Shown: one piece after another, positions 41,130 to 50,436 of the stretch
Numbering within the stretch: the stretch's first letter is position 1
Layout: every line of letters starts with the position of its first letter
The notes under the pieces: generated by a model
Told to the model about the DNA's origin: nothing
Database searches by the model: none
What the model saw: the letters and a program-made list of their open reading frames with translations, nothing else
DNA from: Candidatus Sumerlaeaceae bacterium
GTDB taxonomy: Bacteria; Sumerlaeota; Sumerlaeia; Sumerlaeales; Sumerlaeaceae
Assembly: GCA_051003195.1 (NCBI GenBank)
Contig: JBPCLP010000016.1
Location: 37,086 to 101,085 of the forward strand
Reading direction: 5' to 3'
DNA: 64,000 nucleotides
Position numbers and translations under genes: made by a program

Positions 41130-42050
41130 ATGCCATACTCTCAAGGAAGCTCGATACACCGCTTCCAGCATCTGGCCATGAACACCACCTTCGAAATCCA
41201 GATTCCGGAGGACCGCGATGAATACGCGCGGCAGGTATCCGTTGCGGTCTTTCAAGAGATCGATCGCCTTGAAGCGCTGCTGAGCCGCTTCGATCCCCGC
41301 AGCGACATTTCCCAGCTTAACGCGCTGCAGCCAGGTGAGTCGGTGCGTGTGAGCTTCGAGGTGTTCGAATGTCTCACGATGGCATCGCGCTTTTACGCCG
41401 CGACCGACGGCGCGTTTGATATAACCTTCCCTGCGACGAACCCTGCTACCCCGCACATTTCCGCGATGCAGTGGCTCGTGCTGGGCGGCGATAGCCAGCC
41501 GGAATCCTCGCTGGCGCCGGCTGGGTACTTTGTCGCCGTTCATCCGGCTGCAAAGGGTGAGCAGTTTGTCGGCCTGAATATTAATCTTGGTGGCATCGGA
41601 AAAGGTTACGCACTTGATCGCACACGCGAGATACTGCAGGATTGGAGCATCGCCTCTGCGCTGCTGCACAGCGGCACCAGCAGTGTGCTCGCCGTCGGCA
41701 GTCCACCCGGCGCACCCGGCTGGCGTGTTGGAGTTGCCGGAGACTGGGCGCACATCGCGCCATTTCGCGAAATCAGGCTCGGCGATCAGGCGCTCGGTAG
41801 CTCAGGCAAAGAAGTGCAGGGCGATCACATCATCGACCCGCGCACCGGCGCCACCGCGGAGGCCCATTTGGCGACCTGGGTCCGAGCAACCACCGCCGCC
41901 GAAGCCGATGCTCTCTCCACCGCGTTCATGATCATGTCGCCTGATGGCGTCCACCAGTACATTGCCGAAAATCAGGGCATCGCCGCGCTGCTCGTCGAAC
42001 CTGGCGACTACCTCCCAATCGTCAAAACGGTCGGTGCCTGGGATACATAG
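41130..42050 (+). CDS. apbE: FAD:protein FMN transferase (ApbE family), no signal peptide
   Basis: AMNT, LSRF..SDIS.LN, TDGAFDIT, NLGGIGKGYALD, SSG, HIIDPRTG, ADALSTA. Confidence 0.9.
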   Translation: MPYSQGSSIHRFQHLAMNTTFEIQIPEDRDEYARQVSVAVFQEIDRLEALLSRFDPRSDISQLNALQPGESVRVSFEVFECLTMASRFYAATDGAFDITFPATNPATPHISAMQWLVLGGDSQPESSLAPAGYFVAVHPAAKGEQFVGLNINLGGIGKGYALDRTREILQDWSIASALLHSGTSSVLAVGSPPGAPGWRVGVAGDWAHIAPFREIRLGDQALGSSGKEVQGDHIIDPRTGATAEAHLATWVRATTAAEADALSTAFMIMSPDGVHQYIAENQGIAALLVEPGDYLPIVKTVGAWDT

Positions 42051-42075
42051 TGGAGGCCCCCCCGCCAACGTACCC

Positions 42076-42176
42076 CTGGTGTGCCGAATCAGTAGTTCCT
42101 TACCAGGACCAAAGGGCAGACTGGACCTCGATTCGGCACACAGAACAGATTACGAACGAACGGGAGACCACACTAC
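42076..42176 (+). mobile_element. MITE-like repeat copy
   Basis: CTGG-TGTGCCGAATC-39nt-GATTCGGCACAC-31nt-CTAC; intergenic. Confidence 0.9.
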
Positions 42177-42313
42177 TGGCCCGCTTGGCCGCTCCGTCGG
42201 GCGTTACCGCCGTTTTCCGTTGCGCGCATGTTCTCGCGCCACATCGTCGGCACTTGCGTCCTCTCGACCGCTGCATCCGGTACACGCACCCACTCCGTAA
42301 TCCAGGAGCCGTA

Positions 42314-43615
42314 ATGGAAAAGAAACTCACGCGCCGCGAGCTGCTCAAGACAGGTCTTGCTGCCGCGGCAGGCTTTACAATAGTGCCGCGCCACGTCCTC
42401 GGCGGACCCGGCTATACTCCACCCAGCGAACAGATTACGCGTGCCATTATCGGCACGGGGGGCATGGGACGCGGTCACATCAGTTACGACATCGGCCCGC
42501 TGCTCGCCGTGTGCGACACTGACCAGAATCACCTGAACCTCGCGATGGAAATGGCCGCCGAGAAAGGCTACCAGAACGTAAAGCCTTACCGCGATTTCCG
42601 TGAGATCCTGGAGCGCCGCGACATCGATCTTGTCCACATTCCCGTACCCCCGCACTGGCATGCCGCCATTGGTATCGCCGCCGCGAACAGCGGCAAAGAT
42701 ATCTGGGGCGAAAAGCCGATGACCCGGACTATTGGCGAAGGACTCAAGCTAGTCGACGCCGTCCAGCGCAACCAGCGACTCTTCCGGGTAAACACCTGGT
42801 GGCGGTTTAAGGACAACTACATCGGCCTCGGTGCGCCAATTAAGACCGTCAAAAAGATGATCATGAACGACATGCTGGGTCACCCGATCAAAGTATACCT
42901 GGGCGAGATTCACGATTTCGAGTGGAAGACCTACATGTGGAGCGGCATCCCGGGCCTGCCCGAGCAGCCGGTGCCGCCCGAACTCGATTACGACATGTGG
43001 CTGGGGCCGGCTCCATACAAGCCGTACCACGTCGATCGCGTGCACATGAAATTCCGCGGGTATTGGGACTACGATGGCGGCGGCCTCGGGGACCAGGCGC
43101 AGCACTATGTCGATCCCGTGCAATATGCGCTGGGCAAAGACGACACGAGCCCGGTTGAGGCTGAGGCCGATTGTTTCGAACAACATCCAGATGCCGTGCA
43201 GCCGTTCCGGAAAGTCTGGATGCGCTACGCTGATGGCTGCGAAGTCACCATTGACGCGCAAATGGGTGATCCAATGACGCCGATGTTCGCCGGCCCAAAA
43301 GGCAACATCTGGCCTGGCCGCCCCGGTGTCGATTCCAGCCTGCGTTGCGACATTCCCGACTGGGAGAAGAAACTCGCGCAACTGCCGGACCCCGAGCCGA
43401 TGAATACCGATTGGAAAGAATGCATCAGGAACCGGCAGATCTTCGCGCTCAACGAGCAGGTCGCTCATCGATCCTGCACGATGATCAATCTTGGCAAGAT
43501 CGCGCTGCAAACGGGGCGCCGGCTGCGCTTTGATCCGGACAAGTATCGGTTCATCGATGACGAGCAGGCAAACGCGCTGATTGATCAGCCCATGCGAGCG
43601 CCCTGGCAGATCTGA
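42314..43615 (+). CDS. Tat-exported Gfo/Idh/MocA oxidoreductase
   Basis: AGGAG RBS; TRRELLK; IGTGGMG, PPHWHA, EKPMT, WLGPAP, MRAPW. Confidence 0.92.
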   Translation: MEKKLTRRELLKTGLAAAAGFTIVPRHVLGGPGYTPPSEQITRAIIGTGGMGRGHISYDIGPLLAVCDTDQNHLNLAMEMAAEKGYQNVKPYRDFREILERRDIDLVHIPVPPHWHAAIGIAAANSGKDIWGEKPMTRTIGEGLKLVDAVQRNQRLFRVNTWWRFKDNYIGLGAPIKTVKKMIMNDMLGHPIKVYLGEIHDFEWKTYMWSGIPGLPEQPVPPELDYDMWLGPAPYKPYHVDRVHMKFRGYWDYDGGGLGDQAQHYVDPVQYALGKDDTSPVEAEADCFEQHPDAVQPFRKVWMRYADGCEVTIDAQMGDPMTPMFAGPKGNIWPGRPGVDSSLRCDIPDWEKKLAQLPDPEPMNTDWKECIRNRQIFALNEQVAHRSCTMINLGKIALQTGRRLRFDPDKYRFIDDEQANALIDQPMRAPWQI

Positions 43616-43698
43616 CCTCGTGCTGTTAGCTGTTTGGGTCCAGGTGTTTGGCAGTGGTGGTTTTTATCCAGTGTCCGTTGCGAAAGAAATGAAGGCTG

Positions 43699-46600
43699 AT
43701 GGGTCGAAAGGTGGGCTATAGCTTGAGACGGGAAATCGGAATTGTTTGCTCTGCAGTGTTGCTGATGTGTGGTGGGGCGCAGGCGCAGGATGTGAAGTTG
43801 GAGACGGATGCCCTGTTGCGCGAGGTGCCGACCAGCACACCGCAGCTCATGCAGCAGGCATACGCGCGGCACGCCGGGCAGGCCCCGCAACTGCTGGCCG
43901 AACTTGCCACGCGGCTGCGCCCGGAAAAAGGCGATGAAGACACCACTTCCCGTTTTGCGATCAAGGGTCTGATCTGGCACGTAGGAAAATACGGGAATAA
44001 GTCAGCGAGGAAAGCCGTCGGGAAAAGCGTCTTGAGCGCAATTCCGGAAGCGAAAGGCGATAACGCCAAACGGTTCTTGCTGGAGCAGCTCCAATACACG
44101 AGCGATCCGGCCTTTGCCGACCAGATTGCGAAGTATCTACCTGAAGAACCGCTGGCCCATCAGGCGCTACGCACACTCATTGTCACTGCGCCGCCCGATC
44201 TGGCAAAGCGACTTACAATCGCGCTGCCTTCCGTCGACCGGAGAACACAGGTGGCTATCCTGCAGGCGCTGGCCCAACTGAAGCCAGACAGCGGCGCTTC
44301 GGAAATTGCGCCGTTCGCGGCCAAGGACGATTCAGAAATCCGTGCGGCCGCACTCGACGCGATCGCTGCGATCGGGGAACCTGAGTCTCGCAAGTTGCTG
44401 CAGGAAAGTAACAATTCAACGCAAGGCTTCTATGGCGGTCTCGCCGTTTCGAGGTATCTGGCCTACGCTGACCGACTGCATTCCAGAGGGGAAAGTCGAT
44501 TGGCTGCTGAAATCTGCCGCGAACTAATCACTGCACGCGATACGACCGGAACGGCACATTCCAAATCCAATGCACTTCGTTCGCTCGTGAACATTGAGGG
44601 AGTAAAGGCATTGCCCGGCCTCATGAAGGCGGCGGATTCGGAAATTGAGGAAGTGCGCATGCCGGCACTGCGTCTTGCCAGCCGCATGAAAGACCCACAG
44701 GCGACGAAAGCGCTGGTTAAAAAATTGAAAACCGCACCCGCTCCACAAGTCGCGGCGGATGTGGTGGTCGTGCTCGGTGAAAGCCGCGCAACCGAAGCCC
44801 TGCCGGCTGTGCTGGAGGCGCTGAAGTCGGATGATACGGCTGTACGTGTTGCCGCAGTGCGAGCGCTTGGGGCTATCGATCGCGCGACAGCGTTGCCAGT
44901 TCTGGTGCAGTCGCTGCAATCCGATAACCCGGCGGTAATTGCCGCGGTCAGCGAACAGCTTGCGCGTGCGCCCCAGAAAGGTTTAGGAAAGAGACTTTTG
45001 GCCGGCCTTGACGGAGCTTCTTCTGCCGGGAAGGTGGTGCTGGTGGAGGTGCTGGGAAACCGGCGGCTGACTGCGCAGAAGACGTCTGTGTATGAGCTGA
45101 CGAAGTCCGGGGAGGCTACCGTCCGATCTGCAGCCTATAAAGCACTGGAAACACTCGCTGAGGCTGACGATCTCCAGCGGCTGCTTGACATGATGCTCGC
45201 GGCGGAGAAAGGCGCAGACAAAGCCGCCGCGCGGCGAGCATTTGTCGCCACTGCCCGCACTGTTGCTGACAAGCAGCAACCCAGCGCACTACTGCTGGAA
45301 CACTACGGCAAAGCGCAAGCATTGCAAAAACCTGCATTGCTGGAAACCATCGCCGCCTTCAGTTCGCCTGCCACGCTGGACACTGTCGTCGCAGAGGCAA
45401 GCACCAGCGCGACTCCAGAACTGCAGGATGCTGCGCTGCGTGCGCTGTCCGACTGGCAGACAACCATCGCGATACCTGCGCTGATCAATGTCCTCAAGTC
45501 GGATCCCGAAGAAAAGCACCAGGTGTTTGCCCTGCGCGGAATTGTTCGGCTGGCTGGGCAAAGCAAAGAAGCACCACGCGAAAAAATTACCCTGCTGGAA
45601 ACCGCGCTCAAATCCGCCAAGCGCCCGGAAGAAATTCGACTGGCAGTAGCGGCGCTCGGCGAAATCCAGTCCATGGCGGCACTCAAGTTGGTGGCACCCT
45701 TCCTTAACACGGAAGGCGTAAAAGCAGAGAGCGCCGCCGCCGCCGCGAAGATTGCGCTCCCCGGCGGGAAGAGAAAGAAAGGCATCGCAGGCGCCGAAGC
45801 CGCCTCCATCCTGACGCAGGCGTTACCCGCAATTGCCGACGAAAAACTGCGCAAGGAAGTTGAGCTACACATAAACGCCATCCAACTGGGCATTGCGAAA
45901 AAAGAACTGCCGAACGATGAGGAAGGCTTCTCGCCCCTGTTTAATGGAAAGGATCTCTCGGGATGGGTCGGAGAGACGAAAGGCTACCGTGCCGAAGCGG
46001 GCTCGCTCATATGCCTGAAGGAAGGCACCGGCAAGCTGATGACAGAGAAGCAATTCGGAGATTTCACGATCCGGTTTGATTTTAAACTGAAGCCTGGCGG
46101 CAACAACGGCCTCGGAATTCGCGCGCCGCTGGAAGGTGACGCGGCATTCGAGGGAATGGAAGTCCAGATAATCGACGACACTGCTAACCCGGATTTAAAA
46201 CCCTGGCAGGTTCATGGATCCATATACGGTGTGGTGCCCGCAGAAAAGACCCCGCTTAAACCGTTTGGCGAGTGGAATTCCCAGGAGGTTACCGCGCGGG
46301 GAAATCACATGAAGGTTGTTGTTAACGGCACCACGGTTGTCGATACGACACTGGATGAGGCGATGACCTCCGGTACACCGGACGGCCGCGACCATCCGGG
46401 CGTGAAGCGTAACTCCGGCCATATCGGATTTCTTGGTCATGGCGGCCACCGGCTGGAATTCCGCAACATTCGAATCAAGCAACTGGGCAACGAACCACCC
46501 GAAGGCTACGCCGCACTCTTTAATGGCAAAGACTTGTCCGGGTGGAAAGGGCTCGTCGGCGATCCTCTCAAGCGGGCAAAGATGACGCCGCAGGAATTAT

Positions 46601-47091
46601 CCGCCGGGCAGCAAAAAGCAGATACGGACATGCTTGAGCACTGGTCCGCCCGCGACGGCATTCTGGTTTTTGATGGGACCGGGACACACCTGTGCACGGC
46701 CAAAGACTACGGTAATTTTGAGCTTCTGGCAGACTGGAAAATCGGACCGGGCGGCGACAGCGGCATTTACCTTCGTGGGACGCCCCAAGTGCAGATTTGG
46801 GATCCGCGCAACCACCCCGAGGGTTCCGGCGGCCTGTACAATAACCAACAACACACGAGCACCCCGCTAACCGTCGCCGACAATCCGGTTGGTCAGTGGA
46901 ACCACTTCCGCATCAAAATGGAAGGCGACCGCGTTACGGTAGACTTGAATGGCAAACGGGTTGTCGACAACGTGATACAGGAAAACTACTGGGATCGCGC
47001 GCAGCCGATCTTCCCCGCGGGTCAAATCGAGCTCCAAACACACGGCTGGCCCGTCTATTGGCGTAACATCTTCCTTAAAGAGCTGCCCTAA
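43699..47091 (+). CDS. Secreted HEAT-repeat protein with two C-terminal DUF1080 domains
   Basis: Signal peptide; ~700 aa of HEAT-like repeats; 2x LFNGKDLSGW, NNGLGIR/DSGIYLR, EVQI/QVQI, FRNI/WRNI. Confidence 0.88.
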   Translation: MGRKVGYSLRREIGIVCSAVLLMCGGAQAQDVKLETDALLREVPTSTPQLMQQAYARHAGQAPQLLAELATRLRPEKGDEDTTSRFAIKGLIWHVGKYGNKSARKAVGKSVLSAIPEAKGDNAKRFLLEQLQYTSDPAFADQIAKYLPEEPLAHQALRTLIVTAPPDLAKRLTIALPSVDRRTQVAILQALAQLKPDSGASEIAPFAAKDDSEIRAAALDAIAAIGEPESRKLLQESNNSTQGFYGGLAVSRYLAYADRLHSRGESRLAAEICRELITARDTTGTAHSKSNALRSLVNIEGVKALPGLMKAADSEIEEVRMPALRLASRMKDPQATKALVKKLKTAPAPQVAADVVVVLGESRATEALPAVLEALKSDDTAVRVAAVRALGAIDRATALPVLVQSLQSDNPAVIAAVSEQLARAPQKGLGKRLLAGLDGASSAGKVVLVEVLGNRRLTAQKTSVYELTKSGEATVRSAAYKALETLAEADDLQRLLDMMLAAEKGADKAAARRAFVATARTVADKQQPSALLLEHYGKAQALQKPALLETIAAFSSPATLDTVVAEASTSATPELQDAALRALSDWQTTIAIPALINVLKSDPEEKHQVFALRGIVRLAGQSKEAPREKITLLETALKSAKRPEEIRLAVAALGEIQSMAALKLVAPFLNTEGVKAESAAAAAKIALPGGKRKKGIAGAEAASILTQALPAIADEKLRKEVELHINAIQLGIAKKELPNDEEGFSPLFNGKDLSGWVGETKGYRAEAGSLICLKEGTGKLMTEKQFGDFTIRFDFKLKPGGNNGLGIRAPLEGDAAFEGMEVQIIDDTANPDLKPWQVHGSIYGVVPAEKTPLKPFGEWNSQEVTARGNHMKVVVNGTTVVDTTLDEAMTSGTPDGRDHPGVKRNSGHIGFLGHGGHRLEFRNIRIKQLGNEPPEGYAALFNGKDLSGWKGLVGDPLKRAKMTPQELSAGQQKADTDMLEHWSARDGILVFDGTGTHLCTAKDYGNFELLADWKIGPGGDSGIYLRGTPQVQIWDPRNHPEGSGGLYNNQQHTSTPLTVADNPVGQWNHFRIKMEGDRVTVDLNGKRVVDNVIQENYWDRAQPIFPAGQIELQTHGWPVYWRNIFLKELP

Positions 47092-47205
47092 GCGGGCACT
47101 CGCGTACGAGCTAACCACTGAGGAACACGCGTACTATCGAATAAGAGACCGGTGCGTTCTCGGTTTCCCCTTGCAAATTATTTAACTGGCGCATTGTGAT
47201 ATTAC

Positions 47206-47305
47206 GGAGAGACGGGAGTTGCGCGAGCACCGCCAGTACCTTTCGAGGTGCTGGTCCGCGCGTGAGTCTTCCTCCCCCTTGGACTCACGCTCCCGTCTCT
47301 CTTTT
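47206..47305 (+). ncRNA. Candidate structured small RNA (three-way junction, CU-rich loop)
   Basis: 12-bp perfect closing stem 47207-47218/47290-47301, two internal hairpins (one UUCG-capped), 3' TTTT, upstream TTGCAA...TGTGATATT. Confidence 0.55.
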
Positions 47306-47410
47306 GCGAAACAACTCCAGCCAGGCTCATCGGCACGTTTGGCAAGCCGTTTCCAAGGTCATGGTCCGCGGGCGACCACCATCCGTAAGAATTCGGAAGC
47401 CTGCACTATT

Positions 47411-47460
47411 TACGAACGGACTCGTACTTTCAGCTTGCAAGTACGACAATCATCGTACTT
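47411..47460. promoter_or_regulatory. Two BlaI-type operator palindromes
   Basis: TACGA-N6-TCGTA at 47411-47426 and AAGTACGA-N6-TCGTACTT at 47439-47460, flanking TTGCAA, directly upstream of the BlaI-family gene. Confidence 0.75.
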
Positions 47461-47494
47461 ACGTTCAAGTCATTGATGCTTGATGGAGGCCCAC

Positions 47495-47878
47495 ATGGCA
47501 ATTGAACGACAGCCCACTGATGGTGAACTCGAAATACTCCAGGTGCTATGGTCAAAAGGGCCCCGCTCCGTCCAGCAGGTGCACGAGCAGATTGTGCATC
47601 TCCGGCAGACCGGCTATACGAGTGTTCTCAAGACGATGCAGGTGATGCTGGAGAAAGGTCTTCTCGAACGCGACGACTCGCGCCGCCAGCATGTTTACCA
47701 CGCCGCCATCGCGGAGAAGCAAACCAAGCGTCACATCGCGCGAAACCTGGTTGACCGCGTGTTTGCAGGCTCGGCCTCAAATCTTGTGATGCACGCGTTG
47801 TCCGGGCGCAAATCCAGTGCGAAGGAACTCCGAGAAATTCGCCAGCTGTTGGACGAGCTGGAGGAGAAACGGTCATGA
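47495..47878 (+). CDS. BlaI/MecI/CopY family transcriptional repressor
   Basis: PTDGELEILQVLW, YTSVLK.MQ.M.EKG, VF.GSA..LV; GGAGG RBS before ATG 47495. Confidence 0.93.
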   Translation: MAIERQPTDGELEILQVLWSKGPRSVQQVHEQIVHLRQTGYTSVLKTMQVMLEKGLLERDDSRRQHVYHAAIAEKQTKRHIARNLVDRVFAGSASNLVMHALSGRKSSAKELREIRQLLDELEEKRS

Positions 47879-50421
47879 ACGCCGAGTGGGTAAATTCCAT
47901 CGTCCATGCAATCGGATGGTCGTTGCTGCATCTCCTGTGGCAGGCCGCCGGCATTGCTGCCCTTTTGTCCGTTTGCCTGTTTCTGCTGGCCGGTAAGTCG
48001 GCAAACCTTCGTTACCTCGTTTGCTGCTCCGCCTTGTTTATCATTTCTGTACTGCCTGTGGCAAACCTCCTGTGGCTGACAGGATCAAACTTTCCTGGTG
48101 CGCCGGATACCGTATTGCAGCAGGCATCACGGTCCATATTGACTGGGCCGGAGGAAACCTTGGCGCCTGTCCCGATTTCGAACGCTTCGTCGCTTCCGCA
48201 GTCGACGACACAAAAAACTACCGGCTTCGCGCTTTCACGGAATTCGACAGTGCAGCCAGCGCCAGGCATTCGACTGGCGGAAACCCTGTCCGCAAAAGTT
48301 CGACTGGCGCTGGACCGTCACATCGCCGGGCTAGTGGCGATTTGGTCGATCGGCTCTGCCTTGCTGGCCCTGCGTCTTTTTGGAGGCTGGCTGCTACTGC
48401 GCCGTTCCTGCGCACGTTCTAATCTGCTCGCGGGCGCTGAAATTGAGGAAGCATTCATACGTCTCGCAGCCGCCCTCCAGATACGCCAGCGGGTGCGAAT
48501 CTTCCTCTCGCCGCATGGAAACGCTCCCATAAGCTTTGGGTTATTGAAGCCGATCATCCTCTTTCCTGCAACATTGCTGAGCGGCTTGCCGGCACCGGAA
48601 ATTGAGGCACTGCTGGCCCACGAGCTCGCGCACATTCGCAGGCACGATTACGTTGTGAACCTGCTCCAGGCAGTTGCCGAGACGCTCTTTTATTATCACC
48701 CTGCGGTGTGGTGGATATCCGCGCGGATTCGAGAGGAACGGGAGCTGTGCTGTGATCACCTCGCCGCAGGTGCCTGCACCGGTGGAGCGCCTTCCCTTGC
48801 CAGGGCATTAGCGCGAATGGAGCAGCGCAGGACTTCGTTTGGAGATCTGACGCTGGCAGCATCTGGCTCGCCGCTGCTTTTGCGCATCCGGCGGCTCGTA
48901 ACAGATTCGAACTTGAACTCAAGCGCACGCGGTGGACGTGCAGGCGGAGTACTTTTCGCCGGCGGAATTGCTGTTGCCGCGATGCTCATGGTACTTCATG
49001 CGACGGCTCAGATGGCGCCCCTGGATGGCAGTCCATTGCCAGGCATTCCACCCTCGGATCCGAATGCGCCTGCAACAAGTGTGGCGCCGCAACTGCCGCT
49101 CAATAGTTCTGCAGTGAGTGGCGCAGCGCCTGCGCCAGTATCGGCACTCTCGTTGCCTCCTCTCCGCCCGGCAGCGCCCGCCGCGCTAAGTCCTATGGCC
49201 CTGCCAGGTGCATCTGGTGGGCCGCCCGCCCCCGCACCAGGGATGGCGGCGCCAGTGTCTCCGGGATTTCCGGAAGCTCAGATGCCCTTTGGACCGGTAC
49301 CAGGAATGGAAGCCGCAGTGCCAGGTCCCGACGGCAAAGCCGGCCCCTCGCCAGCAACGGTTTCGCGCGTTTTTAATCTCGCACAGTCCGTCGGTGGTCA
49401 GCCCTCAAGCGAAGCTGTCTCACGCCAGATTGCGGCCCAGATTCAAAAGCTGCTTTATCCGGGCAAGGTGCAGGCAAATGAAACACCGGACCGCCGTTTC
49501 TGGTATGATTCTGAAGCTGGATTGCTCACAATTCTCGACTATCCGCAGCAGCTTGAGAAGGTCGCAAATTTTCTGCGCCAGCCGCGCATTCGAGCGGTTC
49601 TCCAGCAGGACGAAGGCGATACCACAGCCGTGGAGCGTGTCCTGACAAAAGGCGATACGATGCGTTTTGGTGATGTGGCGATGCGCCTTGAAGACATTCG
49701 CCAAAAGACGGATGTCCCTGAATCGGTCGGGCAGGTTGAGCTGCTTGTGCGCACTGGGCCCATGGCTGAGGTCCATGTGCTGGAAGAGCTGAGTAGTCTG
49801 CAGGTCCAGGGATGCACAATCAGTGTCGTGGAGCTGACGAAACTTAACGAACTCGGCAGTTCCCGACCTGCTGCGCTGCTGGAAATGCGAATGCCGAAAT
49901 CTGGCACTTCGCAACCGCCCATGGCGTCGCTTGCTCAAAGGAACTTGTCGCCCCCTCAGCCCGCCGAATCGCAGCCACGTGTCTACACCCTCTATCGAGA
50001 ATTTGAAACGCTTCTCGGGGCAGGCAGTCACGAAGCAGCGCGCGAGAAACTTGAAGACGTGCGCAGACTCGCTCCGGCCGACCGCCAGCTTTTAGCTAAA
50101 ATTCAGCGCCTGGATAAAGCGGAGGGCAAAGGCGGCTTCAGTGTTCGCGTCGGCGGTGCGCTGCAAAAACAGGCGGCGGATACGCTGGCCGGCGAGTTGA
50201 AAATGGAAGGCTATAAAACGGTCGAGGTCACACCGACAAAAGATGGAAAGTTCGAAGTGCGATGCGGGCAGATGCGTACTGAGCGTGAGGGACAAATGCT
50301 CATGAAGGATCTGAAGACCGCGGGTTTTACTCCTGAAGGCATTCTTTCATCTGGGTATAACCCGGAGGCGATGCCGCCCGTTCCTGTTGAGGCTGCGGGC
50401 AGTAAGGCGGATGAGCTATGA
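47875..50421 (+). CDS. BlaR1-like M56 metallopeptidase sensor with Pro-rich linker, secretin-N-like domain and SPOR-like C-terminus
   Basis: LLHLLWQ, LAHELAHIRRHD, YYHPAVWW, ERELCCD; ATGA overlap with the repressor gene. Confidence 0.88.
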   Translation: MNAEWVNSIVHAIGWSLLHLLWQAAGIAALLSVCLFLLAGKSANLRYLVCCSALFIISVLPVANLLWLTGSNFPGAPDTVLQQASRSILTGPEETLAPVPISNASSLPQSTTQKTTGFALSRNSTVQPAPGIRLAETLSAKVRLALDRHIAGLVAIWSIGSALLALRLFGGWLLLRRSCARSNLLAGAEIEEAFIRLAAALQIRQRVRIFLSPHGNAPISFGLLKPIILFPATLLSGLPAPEIEALLAHELAHIRRHDYVVNLLQAVAETLFYYHPAVWWISARIREERELCCDHLAAGACTGGAPSLARALARMEQRRTSFGDLTLAASGSPLLLRIRRLVTDSNLNSSARGGRAGGVLFAGGIAVAAMLMVLHATAQMAPLDGSPLPGIPPSDPNAPATSVAPQLPLNSSAVSGAAPAPVSALSLPPLRPAAPAALSPMALPGASGGPPAPAPGMAAPVSPGFPEAQMPFGPVPGMEAAVPGPDGKAGPSPATVSRVFNLAQSVGGQPSSEAVSRQIAAQIQKLLYPGKVQANETPDRRFWYDSEAGLLTILDYPQQLEKVANFLRQPRIRAVLQQDEGDTTAVERVLTKGDTMRFGDVAMRLEDIRQKTDVPESVGQVELLVRTGPMAEVHVLEELSSLQVQGCTISVVELTKLNELGSSRPAALLEMRMPKSGTSQPPMASLAQRNLSPPQPAESQPRVYTLYREFETLLGAGSHEAAREKLEDVRRLAPADRQLLAKIQRLDKAEGKGGFSVRVGGALQKQAADTLAGELKMEGYKTVEVTPTKDGKFEVRCGQMRTEREGQMLMKDLKTAGFTPEGILSSGYNPEAMPPVPVEAAGSKADEL

Positions 50422-50436
50422 AACGAATGTTGCCTG

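Noticed and set aside
41033..41221. Small ORFs made from repeat sequence (also 2493..2801)
   Set aside because: They have no RBS, overlap real genes, and simply reflect the open frame of the element.
42050..42313. N-terminal extension of ORF 42050..43615 that reads through the repeat
   Set aside because: The RBS and Tat signal place the real start at 42314, so the extension is an ORF-calling artefact.
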